64,000 nucleotides of DNA, from contig JANJGN010000089.1 of assembly GCA_026770705.1 (NCBI GenBank), forward strand, positions 1,302,001 to 1,366,000, read 5' to 3'. The notes below the pieces were generated by a model. It made no database searches. It was not told the DNA's origin and worked only from the letters and a program-made list of their open reading frames with translations. A program made the position numbers and the translations under genes. Shown piece after piece: positions 46,830 to 60,797 of this stretch. Numbering within the stretch: the first letter of the stretch is position 1; each line of letters starts with the position of its first letter. The stretch is from Isurus oxyrinchus (Eukaryota).

Positions 46830-49790
46830 CTTCATTCACAGGATGTCGGCTTTCCTAGCTGGCCCTGCATTTATTGCTGATCGCTTCTTGCACGTGAGAA
46901 GGTGGTAGTGAGCTGCCTCCTGGAACCATTGCAGTCCATGTCGTGTAGGCACACCCACAGCAATGGTGGGAAGGGAATTCCTGGTTTTTGACCCAGTGAC
47001 AGTGAATGGACGGCAAAATATTTCCAACTCAGAATGGTGAGTGATGTGGAAGGGAACTTGCAGGAAGTGCTGTTCCCACTGATCTGCTGTACTTGTCGTT
47101 CTGTATGATAGATGCCTTTGGTTTGCAAGGTGATGCCGAAGGGTAGCTGCGGAATTCCTCCATTGCAACTTGTATATGGTGCAGGATTCTGTTGCTGCCT
47201 GTTGGATGTGGAGTCAGTGAATGCTTTGATTGTGATGCCAATCAAGTGGGCTACTTTGTCCTGGATGGTGTTACGCCTCTTGAGTGTTGTGGGAGATACA
47301 CCCATACAAGCAAGTGGGATTATGCCATCAGACATCTGCCTTGTGCATTACAGAGGGGGAACAGGCTTTGCAGATTCAGGAGGTGAGTTAATAATCACCT
47401 AATTCCTAGCCTTGGACATGTTCTTGTTAACGCAGTAGTTATATAGCTCATCCAGTTTCTGGTTAGTGGTAGCCCGCAGGATATAGATAGTAACTAATTC
47501 AGTGAGGGTAATGCCATTTAACATCAAAAGGCGATGTTTGAATTCTCTCCTGTTGGAAGATCGTCTTTGCCTGGCACTTATGTGATGCGAATGGCACTTG
47601 CCACTTGCCGGCCCAAGCCTGGAAATTGTCTAGGTATTGGTGCTTTTGGACTCGGTCTGCTTCAGTATCTGAGAATTCCCGAAATGTGCTGATCATTATG
47701 CAATCATCAGCGAACATCCCCACTTCTAACTTAAGGATGGATGGAAGATCATTGATGAAGCAGCTGAAGATGGTTAGGCCAAGAGCACTATCCTGAGGAA
47801 CCCCTACAGTGATATCCTGGAGTTGAGATGGCTGACATCCAACAACCTCAAGCATCTTATTTTGTGCAAGGTGTGACAACAACTAGCCTAAAGCTCTACA
47901 TCTCATTGCCATTAACTCCAATTTTGCGAGGTTACATGATGCCACGCTTTGTTTAAAACGTGGCATTGATGTCAGGGGCAGTCACTCTCACCCCACCTTG
48001 GAAGCTCATATATTTTGCCCATGTTTGAACCAAGGCTGTAATATGTTCAGGAGCTGTGGGGTCCTTGGGGTACCCAAACGGGGCGTCGGTGAGCGGGTCA
48101 TTGCTAAGCAAGTGTCGCTTGAAAGCACTATTGATAACAATTCAACTACTTAAATGGTGATCGAGAGTATACTGATGGGGCATTTATTGGATGGGTTGGA
48201 TTGGTCCTGCATGTAATGTACAGGTCATTTCTGGGAAATATTTCACATATCCAGGCAAATGGCAGCGTTGTTGCTATACTGGAACAATTTGGCATGGGAC
48301 ACGGCAAGATCTGGAGCACAGGTTTCAATATTGTTGCCGGGTTATTGTTTGGGCACTTGGCTTTTGGAGTAATCACTGTCTTCAGCCGTTTCTTGATATC
48401 ACATGGAATGATTCGAATTGTCTGCTGATGGCATCACTGATGTTGGAGACCTCTGAATGAGGTGGAGACTGATCATCCACTAGCATTTTCTGGCTAAAGA
48501 TTGTGGGAAATGTTTGAGCCTTGTCTTTCGTACTGATAGGCTGAGCTCCTCCAGCATTGGTGATTGGGATATTTGTGGAGACATCCCTTTCAGTGACTTG
48601 TTTAATTGTTCCCCAATAATCATTTATGGCTGTGACAGGGAACCATAGTTTAGATCTTTTCCGTTAGTTGTGGGATCGCTTAACTCTGTGTATCACTTGC
48701 TGCTTATGCTATTTTCTCACAGAACTTATACAATGTTATTGCTTCACCGGGTTGACACCTCCTTTGTTGGGATGCCTGGCGCTGCTCCTGGCTTGCCTTC
48801 CTGCATGTTAATCGAACCATGGTTGATGCCCTGAGCCGATGGTAATGATAGAGCGGAGTATATTTTGGGCCATGAGGTTACACATTAAGTTAGGGTACAA
48901 TTCCGTTGCTGCACGGAGCTTCATGGATGCTGAGCCTTGAGCTGCTAGATCTGCTCAAAAGCTCTTCCATTTAGCATGGATGTAGCACTGCAAAATGCGA
49001 TGAAGTGTATCATAAATGTGAAGCTTCATCTGCACAATGACTGTGTAGTGGCCACTCCTACAGATGCCATCATGTTCAAATTATTGAGTGGCAGCTGGGT
49101 TGGTGATGATGTGGCGATTATTTTTCCCCTCTTGTTGGTTTCCAGATCACTAGCCACAGAGCCAGTGCAGCATTTATTGCATTTTGCACTCTGGCAGCTC
49201 AGTCGGTTGTAATGCTACCATAACAGTGTTGCTGATAGATATTGAACTACCCAACCCAGTGTACTTTCTGCGCTGTTGCCACTTTCAGTGCTTCCTTCAA
49301 GTGGTGTTCAACATGGAAGAGCAATGATTGATCAGCTGAGTTTCTGAGGGTTGGGGGGTGGTGGCAAGTATTAATCAGCAGGAGGTTTCCTTCCTCGTGT
49401 TTTCCTTGATGCCTTGAGAATTCATTGAATCCAGATTCGATGTTGAGCACACGCCGGGGAAATGCTTTGCCACTGTAAAGCACTGTGCAGCCACCTTTGC
49501 TAGGCCTGACCTATCGGTGGGCAGGATATATGAAAGGATGTTGATGGTGGTGTGTGGGACATTATCGATAAGTTATGATAACGTGAGGATGGCTATCGCA
49601 GGATGTTGTATGTCTATAGCTCTCCCAATGTTGGCTCTAGCACCCAGATGCTAGTAAGGAATGCTTTGCAGGGTGGACAGCTCAGAGATTTCCATTGTCG
49701 TTTCCGTACTCTTGGTCAATTGAACGATTCCAGTTGGTCCATCTGGTTTCAGCCCTTTTTAATGAATTGTCGTAGCTTATTTGCATGTGG
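46830..49790 (-). mobile_element. CR1-clade LINE (second family), most of ORF2, pseudogenised
   Basis: GNLLLINTCHHPP (APE); ITVGVPQDSALGLTIFSCFINDLPSILKLEVGMFADDCIMIS (RT core); 3' tail at 46830. Confidence 0.9.
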
Positions 49791-50040
49791 CCAGGTAGAA
49801 CATCTCAAAAGAAAATTTAAGCGGCAACCACATTACTGTTGGTCTGGCTGCATGCGTAGGCAAGATCAGGTAAGGATGACAGATGAGGACATTACAATGA
49901 TAGACAATGGTTTCATCATTAGGCTTTAGTGGCAGATCTTTAGTGAACTCAAGTTCCACCAAGTTCCGTGGAGGCATTAGAACCCCAGGGCATTATCCTG
50001 GGTTATTAATCCAGCGAGTATACAACTAACCATCACCTTC
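49790..50040 (-). mobile_element. tRNA-headed SINE-like repeat
   Basis: Related to 4850-5085 (ggttattaatccagcga...caactaaccatcacc). Confidence 0.5.
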
Positions 50041-50109
50041 AGACGCACAATTGAGGGTGTCAGCACCATCATATTGAGACAGAATACGATCAAAAGCAAA
50101 GATTCTGGA

Positions 50110-51400
50110 AGAAAGCGGACAGGAGAAAATTAAGGGGGCTGGCTTAATTTGAGGGAGCCTGAAAAATGCACATAAATTCAAACATTGTGGGGATGAAGGG
50201 TGGGATTGTAGGGTGCTGAGGGTAGGTAGCAAATTGAGTGGGTTCTTGAGGAGTTGTATCCCAAAAAATCAGGTGCACAGCCCAAATATTTTGTGCAGAA
50301 CAAAATTGAGAGAATTGCTAATAATTGCAATGCATCTAAAAATAAATAAAGGAGGCACTCTGAAAAAGAATGGGGGCATGACAATACTGTAGGGGCATCA
50401 TACATTGTCTGGAAAATATGTTGGAATTAAATTCAGAAAGTGTGCAATAAGGCTGCATGTATTGAGCGTGCCCAAGTGTGGGTGCAGTACTGGGATCACT
50501 AGTTTGGGGGTGGGGTGCGCAAAATTGAGGGCGGGGCCAAATTGGATGACTGGTCAAAAACAGAAAGGATGTCGAAAATTGTGGTGTACCCGTGATCATT
50601 GGCGGTCACCAAAAAATGGAGTAACAGCAGGACAAAGGAACAGCTCTCAAAAATTGAGGACGATTCCCTTCACTGAGTCTGGGAGTATGGAAAAATTGAG
50701 GCGAGGGAATTTTAAACAGGAAATTTAGGTCAGTAAATAGGTGAAGGTGGGGGGTGCAATTATATTGAGGGAGTAATAAAAATGTGGATGGCCACATAAA
50801 ATGGCGGATTCAAGTTGGTGGGCAGAGAGGGAAGGCTACAGAATTTAGTGAGGTGCGCTACATTGCTGGTGGAGGGTGTGGTTGGTGGATGTTTAGGAGG
50901 GGATCTCAAAAATTGATGTGGCACACCAAATATTGAGGGAGCGGGAATATTGAGGGAATTGTCCAAAATTAGCGTGAAAACTAAAAAAAAATGACAGGGG
51001 CCATTCATAAATTGGGGGAGGAATCAATTCTGACAAAAAGAAAAGTCTGGAGAAAATTCAGAAAAAAACGAGTCATAAAAAGACAGATAAAGTCAGACAG
51101 AAAAAAATCGGGAAACGATGCCGGAAAATAAACGCAAGAAAGTCAATCCAGTCGGAAGAAAAGACACAAAATAAATAAGTGAGAAAAAAGGCAAAATTAG
51201 GAATCAGAAAAACGAGCCAGATAATTTATTTCTCCCCAATTATAGACACATTTATTTAACTATCATTTATTTATTTTTGAATTGATGACGAGGAATTTTG
51301 TATCCACCTTGAGACTGCTTTCTGCAGAAGAAAAAGAGCCAGAAAAGAAGAGCCACAAGAAAAGAGTCAGAAGAAAATATCAGAAAAGACAGTTAAAACT
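50110..51400. repeat. degenerate AAAATTGAGGG-motif satellite (50110-51020) followed by A-rich AGTCAGAAAA-like tract (51030-51400)
   Basis: Recurrent aaaattgagg/aatattgaggga variants at e.g. 50127, 50302, 50521, 50649, 50692, 50762, 50930 and 50947. Confidence 0.7.
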
Positions 51401-52739
51401 GTCATCGTTGGAGGGTCTGCCACCGTTGTTGGACCTTTACCATTGCTTCTGCTGTGTCAATTGACGTGTTTGTAATCTGTTGGAGGGACTGTACTGTTTG
51501 ATGTGCTCTATTTGATTAAAGTCATTTACCAATTTCAGCTGTTTTATCAGATTGTGATTCGGAAGCATTTTCTTGTGTAGATTTTTTTTTCAGAAACTTC
51601 ATTGAATTCTGAAACGAATAGTCAAAAATAACGCAATTTCAGCACTTAACAGAATTCCCACGTTGAAAGAGGGCAACTACATTTCAGGCTGCAATGAAGC
51701 AGCACTGGAGAGACACCAGAATATTTGGAATGTAATTACTTAATAGTCAGCACCAAGTGAAGGACATCACTGAAAAAAATTAGAGGAAAATGACACGGTG
51801 TTTGAGATGACAGCGCCATTGGATGGAGAATACAGCTTCTACCTTTATTATTTGAACAATGTGATCCTTATTGTCGAGCCTTTGGAACGTGGCAGCTCAA
51901 TCTCAGAAGTTAGCATGTTCCATCATCGGTAACATTATAGTTCATATTTGTGAACAACCCATTTTATGAAATGGATTTAGCAAATGCGAGGAAAGAAAGG
52001 GAAGGGAAATGCCAGAGATGTACTGTGCCAAGAGAACAGTTGGGGAAATTAGGAGAAAAGTTAATGATTTCTTGGGTTGAAATCTAAGGAAGGAAATGGC
52101 AACAAAAGTCATCAAAATTACCAGGAACCTCAGAAGTGTCGTGACAAAAAATGGTGCATGCACCCTGCACAACGGCAGCATAGCCAGAACACATAGGGAT
52201 CCCTCAGTGCTACAATTTGAGTTTAATATCCATATGTTCGCATCCGACGACGACACACCTACACATTGCAATCGCTCCCCTACCCAGAAATCGTGTTCAT
52301 GATTGTGCGACTGCTTTCGTTCCTAGAACATAAGCATTGAGGGACAGACCAGTTCAACTGGAATGGAGAGTGTATGAAACTGAACAATTCAATTATAAAT
52401 GGGATCATTGGAATTTTCCAGAAGAAGATGGTGGAGGGAAACTGCCACGAAAATTGCATCATTATGCCTCTGAGGAAAAATATCGCCCACTTTGATTTTA
52501 GTGAGAACCAGGGGTTTACTGAGACTAGTTGAGTTAGGAATTGGTGTTGTACAATTCACTGTGATTTGCTGCAGAACGAACTCGACTTCTAGAGCATAGC
52601 TTAAAACTCAGGACAGAGGAAATAACTCCGGTTGTGGGACAGCTGGGACACAATGAGGAAGTGAATGAGGATTCACAACCTGAAGAAGGGAGGGAGCTTT
52701 CTGATTGGAGGAAGTAATCAGCCAAACGGCATTGAATAA

Positions 52740-53710
52740 ATCCAACCCTGAAACTTGAACATGTTTAAGGCTGAATTTCCATAACGTGATGAAAGAGAAT
52801 TTAAAACCTTTGGGTTGGATAGAATGCATGGATACGTACTGAAAAGAAAAGAGGGGGAGACAGCAAGAACATTATTTTACATGCAATAGAGCATGATTAG
52901 AGGACGTGAGTGCAGCTAATATAATTCATGTATTTAAAACAGAACGTAGACCAAGATGAAAGAAATAAACATCAGTTAGCACAACGTCAGTGGCAGGCAA
53001 AATAAGGGAATCAAAAATATATTAGAAGAGCATTTAGAATCACACAACATAAGAAAGAGTAGTCATTGCATATTCCCAAAGCAAGGAAATATTTGACAAA
53101 CTTCATTTGCTTACTTGATTTGTCATCAGAAATTGACGATCAGATCCGTACCATAGATGGGGAGCATCTAGTTGGATTTTCTCAAGGCCTTTGTTAAGTC
53201 ACAACACCACGGAATCAAGAGAACTGTTAGAGCAAGTGGGGTTAGGGGACATGTAACTGAATGAATAGCAAGCTGGGTACAAAAACAGAAAACAGGGAAC
53301 ACGGGTTAAAGGGGTTTACTGAGACTGGTGGAAGTTGGGAAATGGTGTTGCACAAGGAACAGCGCTGGGATCATTACCTTTCACCATTTACATAAATGGT
53401 ATGGGATCGGGAGCAGAAAGATGATTCCAAAATTACAGACAAAGCCAAATTGAGAGAACATTGAATATAGAGGGTGAATACCACATACTACCTGAGCACA
53501 TTAATGATAATTAATTAACCTGCACAGTGGTCATTTCAATGGAAAATTCAGTTCAATATAGCTGAGGGTCAGGTGCTGCATTTTGATAGAAATGTCCAAA
53601 AGGGTCCCAAAATACTCGTTGGAAGTTACATGTCCCAATCGGGTCGAGGTTCAGTGGTTCAGTGGTTCAGGGTAACAGATTCACGAATCAATTAATGTAG
53701 CAATGCAGTT
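52740..53710 (+). mobile_element. decayed CR1 ORF2 fragments
   Basis: ttggattttctcaaggcctttg (LDFLKAF), ggtgttgcacaaggaacagcgctggga (GVAQGTALG), ttcaccatttacataaat (FTIYIN). Confidence 0.7.
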
Positions 53711-54229
53711 CATCTGGAGACAAATGGAAGTGACAGGGAGAAAACACAAAGAAGACTGGAATACTGTAGCGATGCTGTCAAATGTCACTAACTCGGTGTA
53801 GCCTCTTTCTGCTCAAGTTGTTCAATAAAAAAAAACAGATCATGTTGAATCAAACGTAGATGCTGAAAAAAAATTTTGACACTGAGGCACTTGTAAACCC
53901 AAGGTAACATGTGCTACTCCAAAGAAAAACATACATACAATACTAACGGGAAAGAAGCAACGTGAACTAAATTAAAATTAAAGATGAAATGCTGGAAATA
54001 CTGGACAGTGCAGACGACATCTGTTGCAATGAAACAGGTGCGAAATTACGAAGTTTCAGTTAAATTTTAAATTTGCAATTAACCTCTGCTGGGATTGAAA
54101 GGAGAATATGTTTTATGTGAGATAACTGGCTTGGAAACCATGCAGAGCATGTGTCGCTAAGCAATGAGATACAAACAATACGTTTATTTAATTTTGTTTC
54201 AGCCTAATTTGTAACACATTAGGATGTTA

Positions 54230-55115
54230 GGGTGTTAGGGTCGTAATTAGTGAGGAGAATAGCCACAAACCTCAGGAGGATATTAATGAGCTGGGCAGGT
54301 GGGCAGAGCAATAGCAAATGGAATTCAAGCCTGAAAAGCGTGATTTAATGTATTTGGAGAGCAAGTCACGGTATTATACTATGAACGGTCGGACCCTGCA
54401 AAGTACTGAAGATCAGAGGTAACTTGATGTGCAAATCCACAGATTCCTGAATGTAGCAGGACAGGTAGATAAGGTGGTGCAAATAGCCTATGGGATACGT
54501 GCCTTTATTAGCCGAAGTGTAGCATACAAGAGCAGGGAGGTTATACTGGAACTGTTTAAAACACTGGTTAGACCACAACTGCGTGCATTCCTGAAAATCA
54601 ACATTGTAGGAGGGAAGAAATTTCACTAAAGTCGGTTCAAAGAGACCTACCAGGATGCTTCTTGCGCTGTAGGGTCTGATCTCTGTGGAAAGGTTGGATA
54701 GGCAGACAGGTTGTTTTGCTTGGAGCATCTCGAAGATTGAGAGGGTATCTAAGATATATATGTATATATATATGTAAGATTATGAGGGACAAAATTAAGC
54801 TGGATCGGAAATCAATTTTCCCATTAGTAGAGGGGTCAATAATCAGGGGGATAGAATTAAGGTAAGAGGCTGAAGGCTAAGAGGGGGGTTGAGGAAAAAT
54901 GTTTTCATCCAGAGGCTGATGGAAGTATGGAACACACTGCCTTGAAGGGCGAGTGTCAGAAAGTCTCGTAGCATTTAAGAAGCATTTAGACATTATCTTG
55001 TGTTGCCTTAGCCTTCAGGTCTATGGGCCAAGCACTTGAAATGGGATTAGTGTAGTCAGATCTTCGTTGACACTATGGGCCTATTGACCTTCTTGTGTGC
55101 TGCGAACGTGTATCA
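54230..55115 (+). mobile_element. CR1 3' end
   Basis: VAGQVDKVVQIAYGIRAFISRSVAYKSREVILELFKTLVRPQL plus CR1 3'UTR. Confidence 0.85.
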
Positions 55116-55599
55116 GTATTTGAGAGACGGTAATGCAGCATTTTTGGAGGACATCTAGGAACAGGATATGATTCTTGGGCCGAGCCAGCAGGTACCTGCC
55201 TGTTCAGAAATTTGTGCATGAATATACTTTGCTGAAATTAGCAGCATTTGGTTGTTGGGAAGCGAGTTATTGTTTCACGTAGGGGGTCGTTACTAGTTTG
55301 AATGCAGCAGAATGCATAAGATATCAGCTTATCGATGGCGCGAAATTTTGTAGCTTTAGATTTGATTTCGGCAGAATGGTTTCAACATGAGAAGAAAATG
55401 AAATGCAGCTTTTGCTGAGCAACTTAGTGAAGGTCGGAACGTTCAGGCAGCTCTTGGCATAAATATGTCCTTACAGCCCACTGGTGACCTGAAGTTTTGA
55501 TTAGCAAAAATGAAGTTCTAATATTCCACCTACTGCTCAATCAGTCAGAAAAGAGGAATGGTGAGACTAAATTTTAAAATCACTTGATCTCATTAGGGA

Positions 55600-55675
55600 A
55601 ATTTGAAAGCTGAGAATGGTTAACTCGCGTTTAGAATTAATGCAAAACTCGCGGGTTTGATCTCATTACTGGTCA
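55600..55675 (+). pseudogene. tRNA-Ile(AAT)-derived pseudogene, copy A
   Basis: 3' half tcgcgggtttgatctcattactggtca vs tRNA-Ile TCGCGGGTTCGATCCCCGTACTGGCCA; 5' agctgagaatggtta. Confidence 0.6.
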
Positions 55676-57189
55676 GTGAAGCTTCTCTGTCTTAAACCCT
55701 ATGTTGATTACGATGTTCAGTTGCTGAACGGAAGTAGTGGACACACTACATGACGGTTGTAAATGGAAGGATTTGCTCCTGTAGGATTGATGTATTCATT
55801 TCATTCGTGCTTCTTGGAAAATCGATGTCTTTTGTTCTGACAACTCCCGGCTCCTTTAAACACTTCTGTGCCACCGATTTGTCGGTAACATATGATCAAA
55901 AATATTCTACTGTTCAGCCGAGCACTTGGAATCGAGCAATGACAATCGCTGTCAACTGTGTCCATCATTGTCGTTCGCTGCAATTTTGTAGGCAATATCA
56001 CTCGAGACAACTAGCAATCGCAAGAGCCACAAATCCCACTAGCCTATCTTAAAGTGATTGCATTAATGATATCACCGGCCCTCTATATGAATTTAAAACT
56101 CTGCAAACAACTTCACACAAATGCGCCCTTTGTTTAGTAAAGCCTGTTCATAAGCACATTTCTCAACATTCTGCTACTGGCTGGGCCAAAACACACTTTT
56201 CGCTTCTATGTTCCTGTTTGAGAAACTGCACAACGGACTCCTAATATGCTGTTAATTACTTTTAAACAAGCACAGAATGAAACAAAATACCTAACCTCGC
56301 AATGTGCACTTCATTGCTGGAGTATATTTATGAAACACATTATCAATGTGGCAGAGAACCCAATGTTATATGATTTTTTTTTCAATTTCCAATGTTTCAC
56401 ACATCGTCTCTTTACGAAGGCACCCAGCCGAGTTTAAACGCAAGACAAAAAAAAAATCAGCGAGTTCTCCCCACCGTGCTTTGGCGTTGCTGTATGACTG
56501 TTACTCTGATAAATATATCAATCATAAGGGCAATTGGTCTGTTAATTGTTCTGTCATTTACTAGTTTCCCAACTTGCTCTAATCGCCCAAAGTCATTGAT
56601 TGAGAGCCAGGAGGAAATATGTTTAAGTTCCCTGCAAATTCAACTTCCCCGAATTATACTACCAAATTTGAAAATCAACAGACAGTCGGTCATTTCGCTC
56701 TAAAGCCCTACTCATGAGTTTGTATTTAGAAACCACCTTACTTTTCATTCGTAATTGTGTCCAAAAGGTTCAATTGCAACAAACTTGAGAAACGGCAACA
56801 TCTCAAGTTCATTATTACTTCAATGTTTGAATTGCTCTTTATATTTAGCAATCCTTCTCCAGGGAATTCTGCATGAGCAACGTATAGTGGTCATGCGAGT
56901 CATGAGCACATCCCATGGAAGAAATAGGAAAAAAGAATCATTGCATCAGATTTGACGTGGAGATTTAGTTCATGTTGCCGTTTACTTGGGCTATCAGCAT
57001 ATTGAGGGCGAAACATTTTGAAGCTTGAGGTTACCTTACGGGAGAGTAGTTTGAATATGGAGAGGTAATAGGACATTGATGCTGCTGAGCAGCTCTGTGA
57101 AGATCCGGACAATCAGGCAGCTGTGGGGAAAAGCATTTCCATCCACATCGCTGGTAACCTGATGCTTTGAATTTGCAACATTTTTACTT

Positions 57190-58320
57190 TTTCATCCAAG
57201 TGGTGTGGGCTTCACTGGCTGGACCAGCATTTCTAGCCCTTTAGAAGGTGCTGGTTATCTGCATTCATGGACCGCTGCAGTCCATGATATTTAGGAATAC
57301 TCATTATGCTGTTAGGACGGGAGTGCCAAGGTTTTGACCCAGCAAATGTGAAGTAACGGCGATACATTTCCAAGTCAGGATGGTGAGTGACTTGGAGGGA
57401 AGATTCCAGCTGGTCGTGTTCCCATATCTCTTATCCATTTAGAAAGTAGAGCGTGTGGGTTCAGAAGGTGCTGGCCAAGGGACCTTGGTGAATTACTGCC
57501 ATGCACCTGCGAGATAGTAGAAAATGCTGCTACTGTGCGTCGGTGGTGGAGGGAGTGAATGTTTGTGGATGTGGTGCCAAACCAAAGGCTACTTAGTCAT
57601 GGATGGTGTCAAGCTTCTTGAGTGTTGTGGGAAATGCAGCCATCCAGGCAAATGGGGAGTTTTCCATTACATTCTTGACTTGAGCCTTGTAGATGGTGGA
57701 CAGTGATTGTAGCATCAGGAGGTGAAAAACTCATCACACGATTCTCAGCCCCTATCCTGCTCTTGTAGGCACTGTATATAGCTGGTTCAGTTCGGTTCCA
57801 GGTCAATGGTAACACCCAGAACGTTGATAATGAGAGAAAGAGTGATGGAAATGCCCTTGAACATCCAGGGGTCGAAGTTTGCTTCTTTCTTGTTGGAGAT
57901 GATGGTTACCTGACAATTGTGTGGCGCGAATGTTACTTGCCACTGGTCTGTTCATGCCTGGGTATTGTCCAGGTCTTGCTGCATTTGGACATAGCCTGCT
58001 TCAGTATCTGAAAGTCACGAGTGGTGCTGAGCATTAGACAATCATGAGCGAACATCCCAACTTCTGACGTTATGATAGAAGGAAGGTTATTTATGAAGCA
58101 GCTGAAATTGGTTGTGCCGAGGACATTATCCTCATGACTTTCTGCAATGTTGTCCAGGAGCTGACATAACTGAGCTCCAACAACCACAACCATCTTGCTT
58201 TATGACTCCAACCAGGGTAGAGTTTGCCCCTGGTACCCATTGACTTCAGTTGTGCAGCGGGCTAATTGCTGCGACAATCAGTCAAATACTACATTCGTGT
58301 CAAGGGCAGTCAATCTACCT
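57190..58320 (-). mobile_element. CR1-clade LINE (second family) 3' part
   Basis: NVLGTTNFSCFINNLPSIITSEVGMFAHDCLMLS. Confidence 0.85.
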
Positions 58321-58462
58321 CACAATATGAAATCCCAAATGCGATAGTTCCAACGTTCCATTTGCTGCACCATCAGTCAGCAAGGAAAAATGTTGCTTCC
58401 CCTGCACCTGCTAGTCTAAATTTGAAAATCAGTTTGTCAAACCAGGGAAGATTGGCAGTGGT

Positions 58463-58537
58463 CGCTGGTCAGCTCAGGTGCTTAGAGGTTGGCGTTAATT
58501 AAATGAAAGTCGACTGTTTGACACCCATACTGGGCGA
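58463..58537 (+). pseudogene. tRNA-Ile(AAT)-derived pseudogene, copy B
   Basis: cgctggtcagctcaggtgcttagaggttggcgttaattaaatgaaagtcgactgtttgacacccatactgggcga is colinear with GGCCGGTTAGCTCAGTTGGTTAGAGCGTGGCGCTAATAACGCCAAGGTCGCGGGTTCGATCCCCGTACTGGCCA. Confidence 0.65.
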
Positions 58538-60723
58538 TGCTAACTAGAAACAAGGTTACTGCGTTCCGGTAATATCCGGAAATGGCTGCTACTATCTTGT
58601 TAAATAAATCCGGATGGCGTCCTTGCTCCTATGGAGCCCCGCCAGTTTTCTTCATTCTTGCAAATGTCTGCCTTATGATGGAACAAATCCATCCTTCTTT
58701 TAACACATCCCAGCCACTCACCTGTCACTAATGTCTGATGAACCTTTTGCAAATTTACATTGGAACAGCTGCAAAAGGTGCAGGGGCATCACTGTCAACT
58801 GTGCTGATGCCTGCCATTCGCTGCAATGTTTCAGGCAAACTTACACGCACCAACTTGCCACCGCCAGTGCAACAAAATTTTATGTGTCTACCTCAAGCTA
58901 TCAACAGCCCTCTACACGAATGAATAACTTGCTTCCCAACAATTTCGTGTGAATGCTGCTTCTTTCAGCAAAGCATATTCGTAAGCACATTTTTTATGAA
59001 GGCTGCTGACTGGGCCAAAACAAACTTGCTGCTTCGAGGTGTCTTATTACAAAGCTACACAATGTGAAATTCATTTCTGAGACACTTGTAAGCAACACAT
59101 AATCGAGGTCGCTTAGAAACTTAAGCATTCCAGTAATCCTTATTGTCAATCTCTCATTGTTTTCACCTACCCCTGATGTTCTATCATATGCTGTCTGTTC
59201 CATCACTCTTAAACAGCATAAAATGCATCACAAAGTTATTCATGGATATGCTATGTCATATGAGAGAATGAGGCCTGCGAGTGCAGTCTCACTGAGCTGG
59301 TCAATGGAGGAAAGATATTCCAGTGTTAATAGTTTGCAGCTTTACAAGTCTATACAGCATGAAAATGGAAAATTTACTATAGCGTTACGGACCATTATGA
59401 GAAGTGTGTGGAGTTAAATTTAGCAGGATTTTTCTACAGGTCACTAGAATAAGTTAAATGTTTAATTAATTAACCAACCAGTCGTTTATTTACCTTTGAT
59501 ACTGCTGGGCGGAGCATAAAAAATCTTTCACCAGGCGTATTTCAACAAACACAAAATAATCGATTTGTTGGAAAACAAAGTTTTCTTTTGAAAACAAGTT
59601 GTAAAACTGGTTCACAAACAATTTGAAATTTCATTATATTATGTTTATTTTCGCATATAAGAAAAACAGAAATCCCAAAACCCATACACTCACTTCCAAA
59701 AATGAACGGAAAACAGATACGATATCTGCATGGTCCGGAGTGCAGGAGAGTTTTATTTTAAATGACAAAGTTTGATAAGTTCTCGACACTGTTGATCTAA
59801 CATAATTCTGGTCTCAATAGATCTGGAAATCCTTTTAGACGGATCTTAGATGATTCATTGTCATTGATAACTCTCGCTTGTCACAGTTTTGCAGACATTA
59901 GAAAAATATATATCAGTAATTTTGGTGAGCAGTTTCTGTTTGAAGGTGAAATCACTGCACTGCAGGCGATTCTGCTGAAAGGGAAGGGGGTTGGTCCGGA
60001 AAAGAGAGACAGACCCACTTTGCAAAAGTGAGCCTGTTCTTTGTTCTGTCACTTATTAGTTTTGCACTTGCTTCAAATGCATTAAGCCGTTGTTGCAGAA
60101 TCAGTCGGAAATATATTTTAGTTCCCTGTAATAGCAGCTCCCAAATTCTAAGCTCAACTGATGCGTTTGCAGTACTGTGCCAGCCTTACTTCTCAATTGC
60201 ATCAAGTTCCAATTCACATCTTCAATTGCATTAACCTTGGAATACGGCAACATTTTGATGCTGTATTTAGTTCAAGGTTTAACGTGTTTTCACTCCTAAA
60301 GTCAAGCAATCCTTCTCAAGGCATTTCTGGTGAGCAGCATTTACTGGCGATTTGAACCATGCCTACAGCGCATGAAAGAAATAGGCCGAAATGCAAAATT
60401 TCTAAGATCACAGCCTATTGATAGCGAGAAATTTTGCAGCTTGAGATTTTCCTTTCGCAGAATATCTTCCACTTCGATATGCAGGAGGGTGTTGAAATTG
60501 CTGAGCTGATTTGTGATTATCAGAACAGTCAGGCAGCGGTGAGGGAAAGAAAACATTTCCTTGCAGCTCGTTGGGAATCTGAGGCTTTCAAATTGCAAAT
60601 AAGATAGCATCAATTTTCCAGTTGGTGTGCGATCAGTCAGCAAGGAAGAATGCTGTATTGTCCCCTCAATGCTAGGATGAATTTGAAATGCACTTGGTCA
60701 TATGATTGAAGTCTGCTATCGAT

Positions 60724-60797
60724 GGCTGCTTAGTGCAGCTCGCTCAAGTGTGATACAAGTAATACCGACATTGCAGGGTTTGATCCTCATGTTTACA
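60724..60797 (+). pseudogene. tRNA-Ile(AAT)-derived pseudogene, copy C
   Basis: ggctgcttagtgcagctcg...gtaatacc...gcagggtttgatcctcat; same upstream flank as copies A and B. Confidence 0.55.

Noticed and set aside
50110-51020. CRISPR-like repeat-spacer array
   Set aside because: The repeats are short, degenerate and irregularly spaced; the context is eukaryotic with no cas genes
54080-54150. Further tRNA-like relics here and at 13440-13500, 15220-15295, 55755-55845 and 60346-60425
   Set aside because: Too degenerate to assign by eye; a covariance-model search is needed
59690-59745. U1/U2 snRNA-like words on the minus strand (tgcactccgga, gtatctgtt, atttttgga)
   Set aside because: The words come from different snRNAs and are not colinear with either
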